The translations under genes and the position numbers were made by a program. Shown here piece after piece: positions 30,267 to 37,065 of a stretch of 37,065 nucleotides of DNA (the first letter of the stretch is position 1; each line of letters starts with the position of its first letter). The notes below the pieces were generated by a model. The model made no database searches, was not told where the DNA came from, and was given only the letters and a program-made list of their open reading frames with translations. The DNA comes from Oligoflexia bacterium (GTDB lineage: Bacteria; Bdellovibrionota; UBA1018): contig JAYTHP010000073.1 in assembly GCA_043732485.1 (NCBI GenBank), forward strand, positions 1 to 37,065, read 5' to 3'.

Positions 30267-32186
30267 ATGCTAAACCCCAAAACCCACCCACTTAAGCGCA
30301 ACGAGGGCTACCTGGTAACGACCTACCAGCGAGGTCACGCGCGGCCGATCATTTGGCACGCCGAGCACCCGACCCTGATTCACGAGCATGGCTGGTACAT
30401 GGAGCGCACCGCCTCAGGGACGCTGCAATTAGCTTATAAAGTCCCAAAAATCATCGATCAGCGCACCCAAATGGTGGCCAAGAAAATTTATATCCTGAAT
30501 GCCAAAAAAATCAGGACAGGCGAGATCTTCACCTCCCCCATCCCTTGCCCTGCAACAGGTGGCAGCCTAAGCCCTTCCGGCAAACCTCAATTCATTCAGC
30601 TCTCCGTTCGCTCGTTACCCAAGAGCCGGCCGGCTTTTATGCCAAACAAAGCCCACTCGCGGGACTTATCCTCAGGACGCGAAGACTATTACTTGTACTC
30701 TGGGATTCGCTATTATCTCAACGACTCGCAATTCTTCAAGAAAAGCTATCTTGCTGAGATCGATGGCAATGCCATTTTTCGCATCACGCTGGTCGGCGGT
30801 GTTTTTCAAATTAACCCGCTGCAAAAAAACCTGATCTTTAAGACCCACGGCGCAGGACGTAAGGCCTTAAGCCCTGGCGTCATGGTCCCGCTCTCCCCCC
30901 AACAATTTGCCCAAGGCTCCTTGCAGTTGGGTAAATTTTGGTGGCGCATCAATACCGTCTCCAACGACGTGCTAATGAACCAAGCGCTGCTTGCTGAGGC
31001 CGCCGATTCCCCGAGCGTGCAAGATCAGCGCAATTTTTTAAAAATCACCCAAACGATCTTTGCCTCGTTACTCTTCATGGGCCTGGCCTTGAATCACTGG
31101 AGCAAAAAAACGCCCCCCAGCCTCAGCACGCAAACGGTGGATCTGACGCAACTGCCGATCGCCCAGCCCAAGCTGCTGCCACCTGTTCCCAAACCGCTGC
31201 CAACCCCAGTGCGTAGACCTCCTCCTCTGCCTCCCAAGCCAAAACCTTTGCCCAAGCCGCAACCCCCCAAACCTGCGCCCAAACCTCCCAAAGCGCCACC
31301 AGCGCCACCAAAACCTCCCAAGCCACAGGTGCCACAACCTCGCAGACCCGTGACGCCACCCCGCCCAGCGCGTCCTAGGCAGCAGCCTACTCCTCCTCAG
31401 CCGATTCGTCGCGCTCCCCCTGCTACTAGAGCACCTGTCACTCCCAGGCGCCCGCCACCTCAGGCCGTCGTAAGCCGCCCCGTCGCGCTCCCCCCCGGTC
31501 CCACGGCAGCGCAGCTGAAGCAGCAGCAAAACCAGCAAGTGCAAGCTAACTTACTAAAAACTTTAGGCTTTCTCTCAGCCTCCAAGAATCACCCGTCCTC
31601 CACCCTCCCGCCGCCTTCGCAAGATACGGCTGCGCGTTTTCAGGGTCCAGCAGGCGGAGGCTCGGCGCTGGGGCGTAACTCGCGCTTAAAAGACCTCACC
31701 GCGCAATCCAGCGAGGAAGGCAGCGATGATGCGACCACAAGCCTCCATAACTCGCGAAATATCAGCTCCGGCAGTCTCAGCCGTGGCAAAATCCGCGGCG
31801 AAGGGGTGCGCGGTAAAATCACCTTACCCCATGCCTCAGGCGGTGGCGCACTTGGCGCTTCCTTACGCGCCCAACTGACGCTCTCAGGCCCAGGCCAACT
31901 CTCAGAATCAGCCATTGAAAAGGCCTTAAGCAAACACATGGACCAGTTGCAGTTTTGCTACGAAAAAGCCCTGCTCACTGACGCAACGCTTGCAGGATCA
32001 GTTTCGCTCGAATGGGTGATCCAAACCAGCGGCTCGGCTTCGCAACTAAAAGTGGTGCGCTCGCAGCTCAATAACGGCAGCTTGCATTCCTGCCTGATGG
32101 GCGTGATTGCGAAGATCCAGTTTCCAGCTCCCAAAGGCGGTCCAGTCACCATCAGTTATCCGTTTTCCTTCAATCCCAACGGGTAA
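30267..32186 (+). CDS. GltG-like TonB-type energy transducer (AgmX/PglI C-terminal domain)
   Basis: Cytoplasmic N-domain, single TM (IFASLLFMGLAL), long Pro/Lys-rich linker, and C-terminal IEKALSKHMDQLQFCYEKAL...LAGSV.LEW.I...C....I....FPAPKGGPVTISYPFSF. Start is 30267 or 30210. Confidence 0.88.
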   Translation: MLNPKTHPLKRNEGYLVTTYQRGHARPIIWHAEHPTLIHEHGWYMERTASGTLQLAYKVPKIIDQRTQMVAKKIYILNAKKIRTGEIFTSPIPCPATGGSLSPSGKPQFIQLSVRSLPKSRPAFMPNKAHSRDLSSGREDYYLYSGIRYYLNDSQFFKKSYLAEIDGNAIFRITLVGGVFQINPLQKNLIFKTHGAGRKALSPGVMVPLSPQQFAQGSLQLGKFWWRINTVSNDVLMNQALLAEAADSPSVQDQRNFLKITQTIFASLLFMGLALNHWSKKTPPSLSTQTVDLTQLPIAQPKLLPPVPKPLPTPVRRPPPLPPKPKPLPKPQPPKPAPKPPKAPPAPPKPPKPQVPQPRRPVTPPRPARPRQQPTPPQPIRRAPPATRAPVTPRRPPPQAVVSRPVALPPGPTAAQLKQQQNQQVQANLLKTLGFLSASKNHPSSTLPPPSQDTAARFQGPAGGGSALGRNSRLKDLTAQSSEEGSDDATTSLHNSRNISSGSLSRGKIRGEGVRGKITLPHASGGGALGASLRAQLTLSGPGQLSESAIEKALSKHMDQLQFCYEKALLTDATLAGSVSLEWVIQTSGSASQLKVVRSQLNNGSLHSCLMGVIAKIQFPAPKGGPVTISYPFSFNPNG

Positions 32187-32249
32187 GCGATGACTTGAGT
32201 CAGACGTTAAAGATTGGACAAAACACCTCAGCCTCAGTAAGCTTGTTCC

Positions 32250-32624
32250 ATGCAACCTTTTCCTTGGATTTCGCTGGGTAGTTTTTTGGGTTTTCTCTCA
32301 GTCGCCTTAGGGGCTTTTGGCGGACACGCGCTGCGAGGTCGTCTTTCGGAAAAAGGTCTCACCCTTTATCAGACTGCCCACTTCTATCACTCCGTGCACG
32401 CGCTTGCCCTCATCTTGCTTGGATTTTGGGTCTTGCAAAACCCCACCCAGCGCTCAGCCCACTGGAGTGGCATTCTTTTGACAATGGGCACCGTGCTCTT
32501 CTCAGGCAGCCTCTATTTGATGGCTTTGACCGAGTTTCGGCCGCTCGGTTTTGTAACGCCCATCGGGGGATTAGCCTTAATGGCAGGCTGGCTTTGCTTC
32601 AGCTGGAGCAGCTTGAAAGCTTAA
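32250..32624 (+). CDS. DUF423 (YgdD/TMEM256) family membrane protein
   Basis: VALGAFGGHAL, TAHFYHSVHALAL, GTVLFSGSLY, VTPIGG...GW. Confidence 0.93.
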   Translation: MQPFPWISLGSFLGFLSVALGAFGGHALRGRLSEKGLTLYQTAHFYHSVHALALILLGFWVLQNPTQRSAHWSGILLTMGTVLFSGSLYLMALTEFRPLGFVTPIGGLALMAGWLCFSWSSLKA

Positions 32625-32763
32625 TTTTCAGCCGTTTGCGCCGGTAACCTCAACTGAGTGAGGCAATCCTTTCCCTGAGCGCCCTCTCCTAGCCCGAAAA
32701 CGCTCTGGCCTGGGAACAGCAGCAGCAGCGGTGACATTTTTTGCCTCACCCCTCCCATCGGAA

Positions 32764-34680
32764 TTACTCATCGACAGCGCAACAAGGAGCAGAAGCATTG
32801 CAGCCTTCATTCAAGAAGACCTTGATGCAACCCTGACTCAGTGAGGTGGGAAGTCCGCTGGTTGCACTGTCTGGACCATTCACCACAAGGGTTTTCCCGG
32901 CTGCGGGAGAAGTGAGCGTCGGCAGTCCTGTGACGGGATACGGGACCGCCGCCAGGTAGACGGGCTGACCGTCTTGTGGACCGCTTGCAGCAATGCTTGT
33001 CACCGTCACCGACTTGAACGTCGCCTGCCCGGTCACAGGATCAATCAAAGCCGTGGGGTTGGCGCCTGAAAAGAGGCTCTGGTAAGCTTTCGTGCAAAGC
33101 GGATCGCTGTAAGCCATGAGTGTTGCGGTGGTCGCAGGGCCATGAAAAAAGCTAGCTAGCACCGGCGTGGGGCCACTAAAATCTGCCATTTGCGCCACAA
33201 ACGTGGAGGCCTGCGCACTCCCCCCGCTGCCGCTTCGAGTGAGCACGGGAGCACACTGCCCTTCTGGCACTATTGGCGGCCGAGTCAATGAAAGCCCCTC
33301 ATTGACGATCCCCACCGCGACACAAATCGGCTGAGGGAGAGGTCCGGAGCTGACGCTGGTGACTGCTACTTGCACCGACACGGCAGGCACCACGCTACCA
33401 AAAACCATGGGAGAAGCCGTGTTGCCAAAAACATAGAGCTTCAGGCCCTCTAAGGAGCCTCCCTGACTAGAAGACAAATTAATCCCCGTCCCGGTGCAGG
33501 TGGCATTAGAAAACTCCGTGATCGTCATGCCAGTGACCACCTGGGTAGGGTTGCCTGCCGCGTCCGCCGTGGAGACCATTCCGTGCACTCGGCCCTTTTG
33601 GACCATGGTGGGTGGAAGGCCACGAATGGCAAGCACCGGCACCCCGGGCGCAACGGACACCTCCAGTAACAGCGATTGCGCGTTGCTTGCGCTAATGCGC
33701 AAAAAACTCGCCCGCGCACTTGGCATCCAAAGATTAGTCAATTGAAACGAAGTGTTAGAGAGCGCCGCAAAAGGGACACTTGAAGGGCGTTCCACCACAT
33801 TTCCCGAAGCGTCAAGCCCGGTCAGAGTGAAGGTTCTGGGATCAAACGCGTTGCCGCCTGCCGTTAAAAAATCGAGATGGCTGACATTCACCGTCACGCT
33901 ATTAGTTTTTCCGTCAGCGCTCCAGTTCAAGACGCCTGAAGCTTCGCCGGTTAAAGCCGGTAATTGCGAGCAGGCCGCTCCCCCCTCCGAACCCGACGAG
34001 CCTTTACTCAAACTCACGGCCACTGGATCCGACTGCAAGACCGGTCCTCCCTTCACATGCGTCACGCGCGCCACCAGGTAAAACACTCCCTCTACCCCCG
34101 CAAGTAACTTTCCGCCCGTAAAAAAAACACTGGTGGCCCCAGCCGCGGGAACTGCCGTTGGCAAGACCGCAAAAGGCGAAGTAGTCCCCATAAACGCACT
34201 CGGGCAAGTCGCGGCGCCCACTCCCGCTCCAGCTGACGCCGCGCAAACGGCAAAACTCACACGATCGTCAGCCGCAAAAACCAGCTCATGGCCCTGCGCG
34301 TCTTTCATCGCCACTGCCCCAAACGAGGCATCGTCCTTCAAAGAGGGCACCCCAGACGCCGCCGAGCTTTGCCCCCCACTTGCGGACAAAAAACAAGGGT
34401 TTTCCTGCGAAAAGCTCAGGGCCACTAGCCCCTGCGAGGACTCATCAGCCGCTGACTCTTTTGCGGCGCCAGCCTCAGCAGGCAAGGCGCCACTTGCCGC
34501 AGCCAGATCGCTAGACTCGCCCAGCCCAATTTTGCTCCCCGTGACGTTCCCTCCAGCCCCACCGAGGAGTAGGCTTTTATTCGTGCCTAAAGTTGTGGAG
34601 ATTTTTGAGCAGGCTTGCAAGCCGATGAGCCCAAACAAAAGAAAGAGTTGTCCACAGGTACGTTCTATTTTCTTGTTCAT
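32764..34680 (-). CDS. Large surface lipoprotein, Ala/Ser/Gly/Thr-rich, with Ig-like repeats
   Basis: Lipobox LQA-C. Recurrent DAxGN/H turns (KDAQGH, LDASGN, ADAAGNP), FSNATCT and YSDPLCT motifs, and a Cys-rich tail. Confidence 0.75.
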   Translation of the reverse strand: MNKKIERTCGQLFLLFGLIGLQACSKISTTLGTNKSLLLGGAGGNVTGSKIGLGESSDLAAASGALPAEAGAAKESAADESSQGLVALSFSQENPCFLSASGGQSSAASGVPSLKDDASFGAVAMKDAQGHELVFAADDRVSFAVCAASAGAGVGAATCPSAFMGTTSPFAVLPTAVPAAGATSVFFTGGKLLAGVEGVFYLVARVTHVKGGPVLQSDPVAVSLSKGSSGSEGGAACSQLPALTGEASGVLNWSADGKTNSVTVNVSHLDFLTAGGNAFDPRTFTLTGLDASGNVVERPSSVPFAALSNTSFQLTNLWMPSARASFLRISASNAQSLLLEVSVAPGVPVLAIRGLPPTMVQKGRVHGMVSTADAAGNPTQVVTGMTITEFSNATCTGTGINLSSSQGGSLEGLKLYVFGNTASPMVFGSVVPAVSVQVAVTSVSSGPLPQPICVAVGIVNEGLSLTRPPIVPEGQCAPVLTRSGSGGSAQASTFVAQMADFSGPTPVLASFFHGPATTATLMAYSDPLCTKAYQSLFSGANPTALIDPVTGQATFKSVTVTSIAASGPQDGQPVYLAAVPYPVTGLPTLTSPAAGKTLVVNGPDSATSGLPTSLSQGCIKVFLNEGCNASAPCCAVDE

Positions 34681-34686
34681 GTGAAA

Positions 34687-34715
34687 ATTATATTTTTAAT
34701 ACTCTTGAAAGTCAA
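34687..34715 (-). promoter_or_regulatory. sigma70 promoter TTGACT-17-TATAAT, 6 nt before the ATG (leaderless geometry)
   Basis: Reverse complement of AGTCAA at 34710-15 and ATTATA at 34687-92. ATG at 34680. Confidence 0.75.
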
Positions 34716-35036
34716 ATTTTTTGGCAACCTGAGCCTGTGAACCACTCAAGCTTGAGGCAACGCCCGACTTAACACCTAAAGTCCGAAAAAAATGAGGAAC
34801 CCTCGGCAAACCGGCAGGAGAAACAAGCAAAACCAGAAGCAAAAGCGACGGGAGGCAGGACCGGCACTTTGACAACCCAAAAGTTTTAGCCTCACGCTTT
34901 GCGCACCACTCCTCCCCAACACACCAACCCGAGGACGTCAGAGCAAACAAGATGCTCCCTGAATGAAATTTTCCTATTATTAACAAGACTTTAAGCTCTT
35001 AACCCTAAAGGTCATGCTCTCCCCCCTCTGTTCAGA

Positions 35037-35065
35037 TTGACAACCTTCTTAGAATTGCTTATAAT
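35037..35065 (+). promoter_or_regulatory. Perfect consensus sigma70 promoter TTGACA-17-TATAAT
   Basis: TTGACA at 35037-42 and TATAAT at 35060-65, 10 nt before ATG 35076. Confidence 0.8.
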
Positions 35066-35075
35066 TAATGATTAT

Positions 35076-35600
35076 ATGAATAAAAATTTAATCTTCGGAC
35101 TCTCAACCCTTCTCATCTTCGCCCACCCCGCTCAGGCTGGTGCGCAAAACGGCAAGACTCTGGAAGACCTAACGCCGAAAATTGAAAAACACCAAGCTGA
35201 GGCGCAACGACTCAAAAATAAAGCCTATAATCACAGCGACATTGCTACCGACTTTACGTTCACGATCAATCAAAAAATCATGCGCGTGCCTGAGAGCGAG
35301 AGAGCGGCGGTGATTGGCGCCAATGAAAAAGCTGCGACCAGCAACCAAGAAGCAGCAGCGGCTCACAGCGATGCCGTACAATTTTTAAAAACCATGAAAA
35401 ATCAGCATGCCGATGGCTCACCGCTCACGCCAGACGAAGCGGCTACCAAAAAAGTTCACGAAACCTTAGTGAAGGACTTAACGACCCAGGCCAAAGAAGA
35501 TAGCCACGCTGCAGCCATTCCCACCCGCGAAGCTGCCAAAAAAGCAACAATGGGACGGTACCAGGGCCGCGCAGGATCCGTGATCAATTACGGTCGATAA
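35076..35600 (+). CDS. Hypothetical secreted alpha-helical protein
   Basis: MNKNLIFGLSTLLIFAHPAQA signal and an Ala/Lys/Glu-rich mature part. The ORF-track TTG at 35037 is the -35 box. Confidence 0.75.
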   Translation: MNKNLIFGLSTLLIFAHPAQAGAQNGKTLEDLTPKIEKHQAEAQRLKNKAYNHSDIATDFTFTINQKIMRVPESERAAVIGANEKAATSNQEAAAAHSDAVQFLKTMKNQHADGSPLTPDEAATKKVHETLVKDLTTQAKEDSHAAAIPTREAAKKATMGRYQGRAGSVINYGR

Positions 35601-35659
35601 CCCAGCCTCATCGATACGCAAACAATACGCAGCCTCTCCCACACTCTTCTCTCACACTC

Positions 35660-36225
35660 TCAAACTGCTTGATCACGTCTCAGGGTCATGAAACTGACAG
35701 GCAGCTGCTGCACCATTCGCTTTGCCAGCTGCAACAGCTTGCACTTCAGCTCCAAACCCCCAACATACCCCCCAATAACAAGCGCGCGTGGTCCTTGCGC
35801 ACCACCCGGTGGCAGGGAATCAAGATCGGGAAGGGCTTCTTGCCAATGGCCGAGGCAACGGCCCGCACCGCAGGCGCCAGACCGAGAGCTTCGGCTTGTG
35901 CACTGTAAGACGAGGTCTCACCCAACGGTATTGGGCTGATTTGCCGCCAAACTGCTCCTTGCAAAGGGGAGCCGACGAGCCGCAGGGGAAAATCAAACGA
36001 TCGTCTATGACCTGATGCGTACTCCCGGAGCTCTTGTTGCAGCCGGATCAAAAGAGCGTTAGGCTCAAGGCAAATCTCGCAACTAGCAAGCGCTGAGCCA
36101 GGCCCTCGAGTGACTAGACTTAAGGCGCGATTAGGATCAAAGAAAAGTCCAATCAGTTCTCAGTTATTGGCATAGGCATGGAAAGTCGCAAGACCGGTTT
36201 GAATGGCGACTCCATGAAGCTTCAT
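35660..36225 (-). pseudogene. ogt: Methylated-DNA--protein-cysteine methyltransferase, disrupted
   Basis: GAGGAG SD and ATG 36225. In-frame TGA at 36162-36160. IPLGETSSY, RAVASA, IPCHRVV. A frameshift near 35780 precedes the native IGGYVGGLELKCKLLQL tail, which ends at 35660. Confidence 0.9.
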
Positions 36226-36514
36226 CTCATTACTCCTCTCAGGTTGCTTGAGTAGGGCTGCCTGGCGTTGGGTGCTGTTGGGCGAGTATACTTCGTGGCT
36301 CTAGCGTCGGTTTTATTTATAAATAAAAAATATTTAAATTAATTATTTATTATGCTATAACCTTCAAGGTCGCTGTCTCTGCTGCAAGAAAGCGATCCTT
36401 CGACCAGAGACCCCATGTGAGGCATTGACATCACCTCTCGTCGCTCTGTATCTCGTCAATGACTCCCTCACAAAATCCAGGACTCTCTACGAGAGCCTAT
36501 AAGAGAATTTCTTT

Positions 36515-37065
36515 ATGCTAAAAAATTTGAATCTCATTTCGTCTGTAATCCAACCTGCGGTTAAAAATTTTCTTTTATTAGCATTATTGTCTAGTTGTAA
36601 AGAAACTAGACCTCACCAGCCGCCGCCTCAAGAAACCTCCGACCGGGCGACGACCCACTCTTCCAAGCAAAACGACTCTCAACCTCGCGAAAGCGGGGCC
36701 GCAAAGCCACCCACGAATCAGCCCACGAATCAGAAGAACAGTAAGCTTGCTGAGCAGCAGGAGACCAAAAACACCGTCCCCACGCCTATGCCCCGGCCGC
36801 CGCTCACTGAACCACCCACGCAAGGCAACCTACCACCACCACCCATCCCGCCTGCTCCTCCAACAAAGGGGGCTTCAAGCCTTACGCCTCAGGAAGAAAA
36901 TCAGGCTTCTCACCTTTCTAAGCAACCCCAGACGATCCCAGACCCAGCAAAAAAGGGGCCGCTCACGACGCCTCGGCCCAGAAAGCGAACCCCCCACTCC
37001 CTCCCCACCTGGTGCAACGGTCCTACGGTGTCCACCCTCTCAGCTCCCATCTTCCCGCATGATCC
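36515..37065 (+). CDS. Pro-rich lipoprotein, partial (runs off the window)
   Basis: MLKNLNLISSVIQPAVKNFLLLALLSS-C followed by a disordered P/Q/T-rich region. The frame is open to the end of the window and is not in the ORF track. Confidence 0.7.
   Translation, partial: MLKNLNLISSVIQPAVKNFLLLALLSSCKETRPHQPPPQETSDRATTHSSKQNDSQPRESGAAKPPTNQPTNQKNSKLAEQQETKNTVPTPMPRPPLTEPPTQGNLPPPPIPPAPPTKGASSLTPQEENQASHLSKQPQTIPDPAKKGPLTTPRPRKRTPHSLPTWCNGPTVSTLSAPIFPHD

Noticed and set aside
31068..31544. Gly/Trp/Arg-rich minus-strand ORFs
   Set aside because: Antisense shadows of the Pro-rich linker. The same applies to most short ORFs nested in long genes.
28354..32186. Ordinary TonB-ExbBD iron uptake or Tol-Pal system
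   Set aside because: No TonB-dependent receptor, tolB or pal is present. Two ExbD-like genes, the CYE-type C-terminal domain and adjacent GltC/GltD-like genes fit Agl-Glt better.
34800..34870. GGCAAACC suggesting a c-di-GMP-I riboswitch
   Set aside because: The GAAA-capped stem and the following GGACGCAAAGC element are absent.
10461..36162. TGA reassignment suggested by in-frame TGAs at 10461 and 36160-36162
   Set aside because: tgt, yajC, recJ and others end at TGA in the expected places, Trp is encoded by TGG, and ogt has an independent frameshift.

Overview
Bacterial chromosomal window, probably Bdellovibrionota/Oligoflexia-like (inferred from gene content only). The left part holds a housekeeping run on the minus strand (tgt-yajC-secD-secF-recJ-hypothetical). 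The centre (~11.8-32.2 kb) is a compact Agl-Glt-type envelope machine. One arm is an AglR/Q/S-like (ExbB/ExbD/ExbD) proton motor plus a GltG-like TonB-type protein. It is transcribed divergently from a GltA/B-like beta-barrel, a GltC-like TPR protein, a GltD/AgmU-like giant TPR protein and a second beta-barrel. Facing these are a small GltF-like gene and four surface lipoproteins, three of them paralogous Mts-like VWA/thrombospondin-type-3 proteins. A decayed, AT-rich signal peptide/F-box/LRR gene sits inside the cluster. The right part has DUF423, two secreted orphans with near-consensus, apparently leaderless sigma70 promoters, an ogt pseudogene and a lipoprotein cut by the window edge. No rRNA, tRNA, CRISPR array or transposase was recognised. 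All family calls come from reading motifs by eye; no searches were run.
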